From: Octopus bimaculoides
Taxonomy: Eukaryota
Length of the DNA stretch: 64,000 nucleotides
Direction: 5' to 3'
NCBI RefSeq assembly: GCF_001194135.2
Contig: NC_068981.1
Coordinates: 95,105,048 to 95,169,047 of the forward strand
The notes under the pieces are model-generated. The model was given only the letters and a program-made list of their open reading frames with translations, was not told the origin of the DNA and made no database searches. The position numbers and the translations under genes are program-made. Shown piece after piece: positions 38,380 through 51,072 of this stretch (position 1 is its first letter; each line of letters starts with the position of its first letter).

Positions 38380-41300
38380 TTATTATAAATCTTCCACTGA
38401 GGAGGGATCTGGTTACCAGTAAAGATACTTGGCTCCATCTTTGGGATGTAGCTAACATAGACAAATTCACATTTGGAACTTGAGAAAAGTCTTGCATATT
38501 TTTACTGTTCCACTCACAGATTGGACCTGTAACGTATGAATCAGCCGGTCAATTTCTTTTTCTGAAAATCCCAGTTTATCCAGATTCTCCTTTAAGCATT
38601 TACTAACAAAACCTAGTGCCCTAATAATTATTGGTTTGAATATGAATTCATAGACTGGATATAGAAGCTGGAGGTTTAGAAGCAGTTGTCCATAAATATC
38701 CTCTTTTTCTTGGCTTTTCAAAGAGATGTTTATATCTGCAGGGCAGCTAACCTCTATGATGGTACATACCTTTGCCCTTCTGTCCCAAGCAACAATATCC
38801 TGCCTGTTATGCTTACGTTTGACTGAAGTTGTGATGGAAATATTCCACAAGTATTCCTTGAGTTGGTGTTTATGAATGTATTCCATAACAGAAGTATTTT
38901 CTAAGTTTATTTCAGGACAGTCTTTTCCGCGGATGGCAGAATTGTTTTAGCAACCACATCGTGCCGCATAGGGAGGTAGTACCGTGACGACATTTTAGGA
39001 CAGCTGCTAATCACATGCGTAATGTCTTCCACAGAAACATGACATAGCGTGCACATGCGGTTGCATCTTGGGATTACAAGAGCGTCACTGTCTCGCTTGT
39101 TCACAGGTACTTTGTGGCAATTGCAAATGCAATGTGGGATATTGTTTTGTTGTAAGAGGAGAGTTCCGACTGCCATATTTTCTTAAGTCTGGTATAATAT
39201 TCTCGAGTCGCTCTACATTTTCATCTATGTGTGATGCACAGGTTTTGGGCTTGAGGGACTGACTTTCCTCGTTCTATAACCAAATACGAACATTTCTTTT
39301 GGCCAAATTCCATGCCAATATCAGCTGAAAAGGTTGTTATTAATTCCAGTTTTTTTTTGTTTTTTTTTTTGCATTGTTAACACTTTTAGCATAAATCTTC
39401 AGGTCGTCTACAAAGAAATTATGAGTTACATTGATATTTCTAGCAGTTGAAGATCCTAGCATGTAACCATTTGTTTTCTGCAGTAGGAACGATAATGGAT
39501 TCCATGATGCATTCAGGTTGAAATACCTCTTTTCATTCCAAATTCTTGACCACAATGATTGTAGATCTTCGTGGTGGTAGTGGCGGGGAGTTTTCTTAAC
39601 GGTAATATTTTCCTTCCTCATCTCTCTGTGTAATGCTTGTGAGTTGGAAGCTAACTTGCAATTGATACTGGCTCGCTCAAAAATTCGCTTGCGATAGCGG
39701 AGTTTCTCGCTCATCGTCCTGAGTTTACGTTTTAAAGTGATCAGCTTACCCTCAAGAGCTTGGTGTGAAGAGTTGCCATAAAGTTACATTAATTTTTGAC
39801 TAAGGTAGAGTTGGTGAGGTGTAAACTCATTTTTCTCCTTATATATTATTATTGTATCAGGTCATCCCATAAGTTCTGTCCGATTTTACCTTTTTATAAA
39901 ATTGAATGAAATTTAATAGTATTTTAGAATGTCTAATGGAATTAAAAATTATTTTTATGTATTTGTGTACATTTAAACTAATTAGATATTATTTTACAGA
40001 ATAATAGAATTAAAATTTCTTTCTAACATGGAAGTATCCAAAGAGCATTAGAGGCACACAATGCTTTATGAATACAAAAAACGAAACTCTGTAGCTGAAG
40101 TGACTTGAAACATATTTAGTTTATGGGAAATAATGCTTGAATGAAAGAACTTGTAGAAGATGGTTTGCAAAATTCAGAAGTGGAGATTTCAGCCTTGAAG
40201 ATGAAGATCGAACAGGACGTCCAGTTGAGTTTGATGATAAGCTCCTTGGGGCATTACTTGAAGAAAATCCTACATTATCAGTTGAAAAATTGGCAATAAA
40301 ACTTAGTTCAAACCATACAACTGTTCATTGTCATCTTCAACAACTTGGAAAGGTTCCTAAACTTAGAAAATGGATGCCTCATGAACTGTCCAAAAGCAAC
40401 CGCAAATCCTGAGTTGACATCTGCTCTTCTCTCCATTCTCGCGAACTCATTTCACCCTTTTTGGATAGACTTGTGACTGGTGACGAAAAATGGATCTTCT
40501 ATCAAAATGTTAAATGTTGTAAACAGTGGCTTGGTAAAAGGGAAAAAGCTCAATTACAACCGAGAAGGGAACTTCATGGAAAAAAGGTTCTTCTTTCTAT
40601 CTGGTGGGATTGCAAAGGAATAATTCACTTTGAATTGTTACCACCTAATGCAACAATCAATGCTCAAGTCTACTGTCAGCAATTAGAGCGTTTGAACCAA
40701 GATTTGAAGAAAAAAAGACCCGCTTTACTGAATCGAAAAGGAGTGATGTTTCGTCAGGACAATGTGCGACCTCACACTGCAAAGATCATATCACAGAAGA
40801 TCGAAGAGCTTGGTTGGGAGAAAATTCCTCATCCACCTTATTCTCCCGACCTTGCTCCTTCAGACTACCATTTGTTTCGTAGTTTACAGAATCATTTGTG
40901 AGACATAACTTTCGCAAGCCAGGAGGAGGTCGAAACTGACATTTTAGAGTTCTTCGCTTTGAAACCAAAAGAGTTTTACGTTGATGGGATTAAAAAGCTT
41001 GTAAATAGATGGAAGGAAGTCAGGGATAATCAGGGAAAGTACACTGATGATTAAATTTCAATTAAATATAACATTTGATCACTTGTTTTCTTTATTCAAA
41101 ATTCGGACAGAACTTACGGGATGACCTGATAGTTAACCATCCAATATGGCGGCGCACGTTGTTGATGTTTTCTTCAAATTTTGTTCTCCATCTAAGTTGT
41201 TTCCGTTTAATAATTCCGTTACTTTGTTCACCATAGATTTCTCCTATGTGTTCTTTAAGAGTAATAGCGGCTGTGTATATAGGAGTATTAATATTCCATT

Positions 41301-41790
41301 AATCAACATCACATGATTCCATATGATCTCCAGCAACGTTGATAACCTTATTAGATCGGTCAGACTTTTTCTCACTCGTGCTGGGAATATATGTTGCTCA
41401 ACGAAAGCTTCGAGAAAGTAACAAAAGTTTTGCGAATTGTAATTTTAAAATGTTTTTGAGTTGAATTATTCCGCAGTCTTCGCTACTGAGTCAGCTAAAT
41501 TTGGAGACACACTCCAATTTAGCGATGGCGGGAGCGGTGGTTTGTTTACATTATTTTTTACGCCGCTTCTGGAAGATTTTGACCCATTTTCAGTGTTCTG
41601 GGAGGATCGAGGACCAGTTGATTTTTAAAAATTTTTTTACAAAAGATGCTTGTTGTCGGAGCTGTTTCGCCGTGAGGGTATTTAAGTTGAGATGAGCTTC
41701 GTCCTAGTATTGTTTCAACCGCTTCATGTATCTGACTGAAAGATCATTTCAGGCTTTTTCATAGCACCGAAGTAAAAGGTAGAGATCTTT
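38380..41790 (-). mobile_element. R4/Dong-like non-LTR retrotransposon (RLE type), internally deleted and split by a mariner
   Basis: CTLCHVSVEDITHVISSCPKMSSRYYLPMRHD (CCHC plus RHD); KHNRQDIVAWD..IIEVSCP..EK (PD-(D/E)xK-like); RT motif FFVDDLKIY; N-terminal INNVRRHIGWLT continues across the mariner. Confidence 0.85.
39857..41129 (+). mobile_element. Full-length mariner (DD34D), 1273 bp, inactivated
   Basis: 27-bp TIR tcaggtcatcccataagttctgtccga (1 mismatch), TA TSD; transposase 40028-41054 with WMPHEL, LVTGDEKW, QDNVRPH, PHPPYSPDLAPSDYHLF; several stops and a frameshift. Confidence 0.97.
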
Positions 41791-42178
41791 GGGGTTTGAC
41801 GGGCAACATTTGTTTTCTTAACGAAACACTTTCAAACTTGGGACACTGGTAGAATGTGTCATATACATACATACATACACACATGGCGCCCTCAACATCG
41901 GATGTGCAGGTGTAGAGGACCGTTTAAAAAGTCCATTTTGAACACCTTCCTCACGAAATATGTCGACTTCTCCAGTCTAAGTCGGTAACTGGATGGATAG
42001 ATGTATAATATAAACATAGATAAATGCTAGAAATAAGAGCTAAACTGGTCTAATGCAACACTAAACTGGTTTAGCCCATATTTCTAGCAATGTAGGTGTT
42101 TCCCAACACCCTAGTCGCATTTAGTGACATTTGTAATTTTCCTTTTGGCGAAACATTGCAAACTGCAGTTAATATTAA

Positions 42179-42224
<46 letters not shown>

Positions 42225-42283
42225 AAGTTATTAATATTTCTAAGTCTCTCTAAAGGAGACTACGGCAGCGGTACTGGAAATTA

Positions 42284-42913
42284 ATAGTTATCGCCAAGCC
42301 AACATGGCAGTCCCAAAATTAGGACGAAAGCTGCCGTGAATTAGCTCCAAGAAGCCATCGCCTCTAGCTAGCTATGTGACACACGAAACCTGTGTCCTTT
42401 ATAACCTTCGAACAGGGGAGGTCAGCAGTTTCCCCTTGCTGGTTTGGCATNNNNNNNNNNNNNNNNNNNNNNNNNNNNNNNNNNNNNNNNNNNNNNNNNN
42501 NNNNNNNNNNNNNNNNNNNNNNNNNNNNNNNNNNNNNNNNNNNNNNNNNNNNNNNNNNNNNNNNNNNNNNNNNNNNNNNNNNNNNNNNNNNNNNNNNNNN
42601 NNNNNNAACTCTATTTCTGAAAACCAGTGGATAGATTCCACTGAAATTAGATAAATAACCTTCGAACAGATAGTCAGCAGCGCCGCCTGGCTGGAGCTTG
42701 GCTGCTCTGCATTGACAAGGGGCAACACCCTGAAACTAGTCTGCAGATGCCAAACCAGCAAGGGGAAACTGCTGACCTCCCCTGTTCGAAGGTTATAAAG
42801 GACACAGGTTTCATGTGTCACATAGCTAGCTAGAGGCGATGGCTTCTTGGAGCTAATTCACGGCAGCTTTCGTCCTAATTTTGGGACTGCCATGTTGGCT
42901 TGGCGATAACTAT
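42284..42913. repeat. 167-bp near-perfect inverted repeats around an N-gap
   Basis: 42284-42450 vs 42747-42913, one mismatch seen. Confidence 0.9.
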
Positions 42914-43884
42914 ATATTTATATATATATATATATATAGTGGATCTTGCAGGCATGAAGGTGATTCGATCCATCATAGCCAAATTTAAATTAACTTTTCT
43001 CACGGTGGAATAATGGTTTTTCTGTGACAGCAGTTTTACATTTTCCAGATACCTTAGCTAGGCCGAAATAATGTCTTCACCACTTGACCTTTCTAGCCTC
43101 TTCCATTTCACCAAAAGCTAGAATTAAGATAAGACCATCAACTAAATCTATTGTTCTCAGTGATATGTCTATCCTTCTGGATAGTTATAAAAACAAGAAT
43201 CCCCAGGCAAAAATTAGTTAGTGACTTGTTGATAACTCAGTCGGCTCGTGACAACTCACTCAGTTAGTTAATGAATGACAAACTTGAGTCAGAGACAACT
43301 ACCATCAGTTAGGGAGCGGAACGCTAGAATCATGATCACAAGCAAGGCAGCTACTAAAGACAATGGTCAAATGGTGAAATGAAATTTTCTGTCAGCAGCT
43401 ATGAGACCCATCTTCCCACACTCTCTCACGTTCACTAACTCACTTTGTCTTTTCTGCACATTACCATATCTCTCTCTATGGTTTACTACTACAATAAGAA
43501 GATACTTCTACAATAAGAACACACAGGCCGAAATTAACTTTTTTATTTCGCACGCTCTAGGATTTTATCACCTGCCCATCGAGGCAAGGTATATTCGATG
43601 TAACGGTAAAAATAAATATTTTCTTCACAACTTCAATCACTGTTCTTTCATTTTTACATAATGAAGAACTTCAACCTTTTACAAATTAATTTCTGCTGTT
43701 ACACATTTCAAGGCATCCTTAGAAACAGATTACATCCATCCTACTGTGTATCAACTATCGTTCACCATATTATTGTTATACAAAATAAATGTCATTCGTC
43801 ACAAAATTAATCTTTATCGTTACAAACTGATGAATCCGACGTTACACCATAACAGGCATCGTTACAAAAATAAAACTTTATCAT

Positions 43885-43924
<40 letters not shown>

Positions 43925-44369
43925 NNNNNNNNNNNNNNNNNNNNNNNNNNNNNNNNNNNNNNNNNNNNNNNNNNNNNNNNNNNNNNNNNNNNNNNNNNNN
44001 NNNNNNNNNNNNNNNNNNNNNNNNNNNNNNNNNNNNNNNNNNNNNNNNNNNNNNNNNNNNNNNNNNNNNNNNNNNNNNNNNNNNNNNNNNNNNNNNNNNN
44101 NNNNNNNNNNNNNNNNNNNNNNNNNNNNNNNNNNNNNNNNNNNNNNNNNNNNNNNNNNNNNNNNNNNNNNNNNNNNNNNNNNNNNNNNNNNNNNNNNNNN
44201 NNNNNNNNNNNNNNNNNNNNNNNNNNNNNNNNNNNNNNNNNNNNNNNNNNNNNNNNNNNNNNNNNNNNNNNNNNNNNNNNNNNNNNNNNNNNNNNNNNNN
44301 NNNNNNNNNNNNNNNNNNNNNNNNNNNNNNNNNNNNTATATATATATATATATCTTTTATATTCTTTTA

Positions 44370-44730
44370 CTCTTTCCAGTCATTTGACTGCGGTTATGCT
44401 GGCGCACCACTTTGGAGGGTTTTAGTCGAACAAATCGACTTATTTTTTTAGGCCTAGTACTTATTCCATCGGGGTCTTTTGCCGAACCGTTAAGTTACGG
44501 GGACGTAAACAAACCAACACCTGTTGTGAAGTTATGGTGGAGGACAAACATAGACACACACAAATAGATACATATACATACGACGGGCTTCTTTCAGTTT
44601 CCGTCTACCAAATCCACTCACAAAGCTTAGTTCGGCCCGAAGCTATAGAAGACATTTGCCCAAGATGCTACGCTGTGGGACCGAACCCGGAACCATGTGG
44701 TTAGGAAGCAAGTTTCTTACCACACAGCGA
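44370..44730 (-). mobile_element. SINE family A, full length
   Basis: Reverse complement of head, body and tail. Confidence 0.88.
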
Positions 44731-44894
44731 CATATATGTGTGTGCCTGTGTGTCTGTGTATGTGCGCGTTTGTGTAACGCGTATTACAGTGGAATGCTTG
44801 AGTAATTCGCTTCTTAAATCACGAAGTCTCGAGTTCAATCCCATACCATACATGCACGCATGCATATTAGTGTGCGCATGTACATGCGCATAAC

Positions 44895-45065
44895 AAGCGC
44901 TGGGGGTTGGTAAGCGTTGGGAATTGGTAAGCTTTGGGAGTTCACAAGCGTTGGGAACTGGTAAGCTTTGGGAGTTGATAAGCGTTGGGAATTGGTAAGC
45001 TTTGGGAATTGGTAAACACTGGCGATTAGTAAGTGTTGGGGATTGGTAAGCTTTGAGGATTGATA
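44895..45065. repeat. 16-17-bp minisatellite (aagcgttgggaattggt / aagctttgggaattggt)
   Basis: About 10 degenerate units. Confidence 0.85.
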
Positions 45066-45129
45066 ATTGGCGGTCCTGCTCATGGGGTTGGTTGGTGACG
45101 GTGACCTTGGTACAGAGTAGCAGCTGGTA

Positions 45130-45810
45130 CTAAAGTGGTATATCTGGGTTGTCGGTAGACTGAGGCTTGCAATTTGCCAGAAAGGCATACCGCTGGTGAC
45201 AGCAATAAGATAAATCGTATTTCTTATTGATGGATACTGCAGGTTGTTGGAGGATATGCAGTTTTTCGCAGATGCAGAGCTGGCAGTAGGAGGCACCGGG
45301 TGAATATGGTGGCGCTCTGTCGACAATAGTCCACTTGATGCTGGGTGTTTCGTCTCGGAGGTTACGGAGTCTCCAGAGAAATCGAGACAGGAAAGTAGAG
45401 TTCCCTCTGTCCCTGGGTCTGAACGAGTGCTTATGCTGCGAGTATCATCCCTTGAATTTATTGGCTGTCATACCCGTATAGTGTCTAGTAATGCTATTAA
45501 AGGGTGTAAGGGTGGCTCTGTGTACTACGGCCTTTGAGAGGCAGGATCCTTCTAAAGGGCACAGGGTTGGATTTCGGAAGTTGCAGGTCGGGGTTGGAGG
45601 TAGTGCGGGTGTATTTTTACCTCTGTTGATGCGTGCGATGCTGGATGTGATGTTGTCTAAGCAGGAGTAGCTCACCTTGACATTATGGATGTTGAAGAGT
45701 TTGAAATACTTGTGGCTTCTGGGAAAGTGTTTCTTAACTAATGGTAGGAAGCCCCTAGCTAAGTTGGTGGAAACTTCGAGGTTGAAAGTGGGGTTATACG
45801 ATGTACAGAT
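45130..45810 (-). mobile_element. Penelope-like element 3' fragment (GIY-YIG region)
   Basis: YNPTFNLEVSTN..KHFP..LFNIHNVKVSYSCLDN..CPLEGSCL..YTGMTANKFK, then IKWTIVDRAPPY..CQLCICEKLHIL..INKK; matches the PLE C-terminal pattern. Confidence 0.88.
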
Positions 45811-46261
45811 GCGCACACTCACATCAATACAGACATGCATGCAAAGCCATATAAGCGCGTCCACACATCCACATATACAACTATATACTTGCGCACACCA
45901 CCTCTCCCTACTTCCCCTCCAACAACCTGACCGATTTCTTGTCCATCACGCGTTTGATTTCTTGCCCACCACGTGGTCAATTTCTTGTTCCCCATGCGGT
46001 GTTTGCCAACAAACTATGGTCACTGATATACGGTTATACCAACATCAAATTGCGACACCGCGGGACCTTCCTCGACCAATCGCAGCCCACCTTACGGTAA
46101 TAACAATCAACTTCTTTCATTCAAATTCAAAATGGCTGAAAATTAGCATCAAGCTTGAAACCCTCGGAGTACCAACGAATTTGAATCACACTGTTTTGAT
46201 CCATACATGTAACTCCTAATAAATGTGTTGAGTGCCCTTCTTTCGTTTGCCCACTCACTCG

Positions 46262-46308
<47 letters not shown>

Positions 46309-46322
46309 TTTTATACAAGCAT

Positions 46323-47003
46323 CTCACATGCATAAACCACGCTACTAATAGTTTCAGGCGTGGACTATTCTATCGAACTAGGCAGTGTCAATAATGGACT
46401 GAATGTATTTATTTTAATTTATCTTTTCTCGCCTAGTAGCGACGCTTATATTTTTTCTCCTTTCATCGAGTCACTTTATATTTATATTCAGATTTATTAT
46501 TTATTTATATTTCATATTCGTATATTATATTTCTTATATTTATTTTTTATTATCATATTTTTCATAATTTTTCATATACTTTTTCCATATTTTTTGTATA
46601 TATATTCTTTTTTATATTTTTAAGCATATTTTATACATTTTTGCATATTTCATATTTGTACGTTAACATTTTTTCTATCATTTCTTATATTCTTATATTT
46701 CTTAATTTATTTTTGTTACTTTTTATTATAATTGATATTATATGGCACGATTATATTCTTATATAACATCCATCCACATTGCTTACATCATTCGCTTGGT
46801 TCAACTTTTAAGGTTTCTGTTTTTTATTTATCGTCCTTTTATGTTCACAGTTCGCTTTAGTGGTATCTTCCACACGATCCGATTGGTTGTTCGAGTTTTT
46901 TTCGCGCCGTTTTATATTCAGTCCATTATTTAAACTGCTTAGTTCGGTAGAATAGTCCACGCCTGAAGAACGTACTATCGGTAGCGTGGTTTAATCATGT
47001 GAG
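46323..47003. repeat. ~80-bp inverted repeats flanking an AT-rich spacer
   Basis: 46323-46404 vs 46916-47003 (ttcaggcgtggactattcta..gaacta.gcag). Confidence 0.8.
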
Positions 47004-47408
47004 GTGATCGTAAAAAACAGTATTTTTACCCTCGCCAGATGGAGTACTCTTTTTGTTGAACCTTATTACACGGATCAATTCATATANNNNNNNNNNNNNN
47101 NNNNNNNNNNNNNNNNNNNNNNNNNNNNNNNNNNNNNNNNNNNNNNNNNNNNNNNNNNNNNNNNNNNNNNNNNNNNNNNNNNNNNNNNNNNNNNNNNNNN
47201 NNNNNNNNNNNNNNNNNNNNNNNNNNNNNNNNNNNNNNNNNNNNNNNNNNNNNNNNNNNNNNNNNNNNNNNNNNNNNNNNNNNNNNNNNNNNNNNNNNNN
47301 NNNNNNNNNNNNNNNNNNNNNNNNNNNNNNNNNNNNNNNNNNNNNNNNNNNNNNNNNNNNNNNNNNNNNNNNNNNNNNNNNNNNNNNNNNNNNNNNNNNN
47401 NNNNNNNN

Positions 47409-47677
47409 TACATCAATTTAAAATGCAGAGCAATCCTCAGCTGCACAAAGACATAGAATTTAATTAAATTAGAACAGATGGACACATTAGTATAATTATA
47501 CCTAAAATCTCCCAGAGTAGCTTCTATGCTGGAGTGAACGCAGCATGTTCTTTGTCTATCTCCTTAACTTCTTGGAGATTTTCGGTATAATTATACTAAT
47601 GTGTCCAGCTGTTCTAATTTAATTAAATTCTATGTCTTTGTGCAGCTGAGGATTGCTCTGCATTTTAAAGTGATGTA
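47409..47677. repeat. Fold-back / MITE-like: 104-bp arms, 61-bp spacer
   Basis: 47409-47512 vs 47574-47677, 3 mismatches. Confidence 0.9.
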
Positions 47678-47787
47678 ATGATTTAAAATATGGGCAGTAA
47701 TTTTAACCAAGGGGAAACTAACAATTATACTTATTCCGGCAACATGACCATTACGTCATATTACCGCCGATAAAGGTTTATTATGAC

Positions 47788-47880
47788 TTGTATGTATGTA
47801 TGTATGTATGTATGTATGTATGTATGTATGTATGTATTTATGTATGTATGTATGTATGTATGTATGTATGTAGGTAGGCA
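47788..47880. repeat. (TATG)n microsatellite
   Basis: Visible repeat. Confidence 0.95.
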
Positions 47881-48879
47881 GGCAGGCCGGTAGGTGTCGC
47901 CTTTATAAACGCAGCTTCCTACTCAGACACTCTCTTGTCACTCTCGCCCTCAGCATTGCAGTGAACCCGTGATTGTCCCGTTGAAACTTGTAACCTTTAA
48001 TTTCTATTGTGCACTAATTGATACATAAAAAAAGCAAATAAATCATTTTGAAATTTGTCCTTTGCTTTGTGTCATTTGTATCTCGATCAATAAACCTATA
48101 TTTGCTCTTTAGCTCTTGATTTATATCCACTAGTATTGCATGCATTTTTCATTCTATATGACTTAAATAACTAGCTTTCTAACATCAAATATTAAACCGG
48201 TTTATTGATGTAGTCTTTTTGATTTATTTGAATATTTCTTCTATATTTCAAACAGCACGAGGTTTCCGGCAACTGTCCTTTTTTTTTTTAATGCCCCCAG
48301 TATTTCTCATACTGTTCCTTTTTCCTTGGGTTTACTTTTAATTATATATTATTTATTTATTTTTTACTTTCTTTTTGCTAGGAGCTTGCAACTCCTATTT
48401 CATTTCTTTCTCCCCTAAAATATAGGGGAAAAGGTAATGAAAAGTATGTCTTGCATATTTTTTTCCAAGAGCATTAGTGACGCTAGAGAAGCGATGTTGC
48501 TAAAATCTCTTTTCTAGGGATTGTAATTGTCTCCTTACCTTATTACGTACTTTCTCCATTTTACATTGAAACTGACAGTTTTAGCTATATTTTTTGTAAC
48601 ACAAAACTATTTTTTTTTGTGTGAGCAGAGAATACACTGATTAAATTTCGGTAATATACTAGTGGTATCTATGTTATCTCACAAAAATTTACTGATTCAC
48701 AATAGTATAACAAACAAGGGAGGCAACTTATTCAATAATGGGGCGTTATAGTTCATTCTTCTCACCTTTCAGGTGTTACAAGTCAGCCAATACAGCAAAA
48801 TTAACCAAACACTTACACATTAATGATACACACTTATGTATTTTTGTACATAATCATGTAACTGCTGCTCTTCTACTGC

Positions 48880-49600
48880 AGGCGGACTCATTCTGCTATC
48901 TTGGAAGCAACTTGGCTTCTGCATCTTTAGGGAGACTTAGTGAATGAGTCTTTCGGAATAAGAACCTTAGAACAATTACAAGAATCTCTGTTTATCGAGC
49001 TGTCTGTATATCCATCCTCCAGTACGGGTCTGAGTGCTGGATCTTTTATCGGCGTTCCGTATCAGATCATTGCAAAGTATCCTCGGTCTCATGTGGCAGG
49101 ACAAAGAACCACATACTGAAATCCTCCCGAGGGCTGGGATCCACAGCGTCGAGGCCTGCTTCCTTCGTCGTTTTCTTCTCTGGGTCGGCCATATGATTCA
49201 GATGCCGGGTAACCAGCTCTCAAAGACGGTACTCTTCAGTGTGATCGAGACTGGATGAAGACCTCATAGACGTCCAAGACTTCGTTTTCACGATCATTTT
49301 AAGCGGTCTCCCATTTGATGCTGTGTCCCTCCCAATCGCTTATTAATCGGAAGTAATTAATCGGCTATTAATCGGAAGTAATGGAAGTTCGTGTGTGATG
49401 CTGGAGTAGAGCGCTTTGAAACCGAATGCAAGAGATTGCATAAAGGGAGTAGAAGACGTCGTCATCATCCCTCCCAGTCTGCAGTGGTTGTGGGGGGTCA
49501 CTTTCAGTGCACCCAGTGCCACAGTATCAGCTTATCTCATATCGGTCTTGTCAGTCACGTCCGCTCCCATGAGAAACACTGTGCTGGAGGCAGTGGAGGA
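48880..49600 (+). mobile_element. RTE LINE 3' fragment
   Basis: DSFCYLGS..LQYGSECW..LQSILGLMWQD..WVGHMIQMP..RPRLRFHD..FQCTQCHSISLSHIGLVSHVRSH. Confidence 0.85.
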
Positions 49601-49658
49601 TGAATGTATTGGATTGACGCGGTCATCACCTTTGATGGGCCGTTTTAAGCAAAGTAGC

Positions 49659-50157
49659 TGTAAAAGGTTGATAGTTGCAATAGAGACATTAGTCTCTCTC
49701 TATCACCTTTCAACAAAATTATATATTAAGAGACAGTAGAACAATTAATAACATAATAAAAATAAGTTTTATTTTTGGTGATGCTTGGTTTTACAAATCC
49801 TGTGTCATTCAGCTTAGCAGCCGCTGGTTTACTTGTAGTCGGCATTGGAAGGTTAAGGGCTCCGTTGATGCATGCCAGAGGAGAAAATAGCTGTCACGTC
49901 GAAGAGCTTCGTTGAGGAGCAAGTTGTTGACACGTCGAAGGCATCGCTCTAAGGGGCTTAGAAAACGAAAGTAACGCTTTAAGTACTGGTTTTACTACGC
50001 ATGCGCACTCGAGGGGCTTCCAGGAAGGTAAGTCCCTTGCGCATGCGTAGNNNNNNNNNNTACGCATGCGCACTCGAGGGGCTTCCAGGAAGGTAAGTCC
50101 CTTGCGCATGCGTAGATTGTACTTCCTCAATGGCGGCCATAATTTCGCGCCACTACA
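49659..50157 (-). mobile_element. Solo LTR (Gypsy-type)
   Basis: TGTA..TACA ends, perfect 4-bp TSD tagc, TGTAGTG start and AATAAA near the end on minus strand; includes an artefactual duplication across a 10-N gap. Confidence 0.82.
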
Positions 50158-50854
50158 TAGCCTTTAAGTGCAAAGGAGTACGTTTAGTACAACTGTAGCG
50201 ACAAGAAGCAGAGACCGTGGCTGTCAAAGAGAGTTCATCATCCCTAATTGCCACCCACTAATGGTCTGATTTACAATAACCATCTAAAGTAATGGTCCTC
50301 AACCAAGGTCCATATGACCCCCAGAGGGTCCATGTAAGATTTTTCGGAGTCCATGCAAACAAATAGTAAATTGGGGATCCACAATAATATTTTAAGGGTC
50401 CCTGAAAAAATTTTGCTTTAGATGTATGTATTGACATGTATTGCAAGAAATAGCTTGGTTTCTTTCTCTGACATTTTACACAGTTCAACTACACAAGATG
50501 ATGCGTGGAAAACAAAATAGGAATTTTGAAAGAAATTTCTATAAAACTAGTTTTAAACATCGAATGGCTATGGGAGTCCACCAGAATAGAATCGTAATTA
50601 AAGGGGTTCATTGGTAAAAAAACGGTTAAGAAGCTTTCATCTAAAGGTGTAGAAACATTGAGGTCAGGAGTGTTCTGAAGTATCATTGCTGGGGAGACTC
50701 GGATACTGCTGATTTAGGTACAAGATTCGAAGAAACATCAACACAACAGGGTTGTCTTAAATACACAATATCCCATCGCAGAATCTGACATTTCCGAAGT
50801 GAGGATCCACATTCAAAAGTTTTACTTCTACTGCTAAAGGTTTATATTTACTCT

Positions 50855-51040
50855 GGCGTTTAGAAATTCCGTTTTCAATATGACGTTACTCATAGGCCAG
50901 GAAAGACAATATTGCTGACTCTCTGTCTCGGATTTGTGCTGTAATGTCGGATACAGATGTATTTCATAGAATTCATAAGGACTTGTGTCATCCTGTCATC
51001 ATACGAATGCTTCATTTTGTGCATACCAGAAATAAATTCA
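50855..51040 (+). mobile_element. Gypsy pol fragment (RNase H end / integrase zinc-binding region)
   Basis: FQYDVTHRPGKDNIADSLSRICAV..IHKDLCHPVIIRMLHFV. Confidence 0.75.
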
Positions 51041-51072
51041 AAATAATGCTTTATACATACTCGACATCTTTT

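Noticed and set aside
50006-50115. Exact ~55-bp direct duplication inside the solo LTR
   Set aside because: The copies flank a 10-N gap, typical of an unmerged contig overlap.
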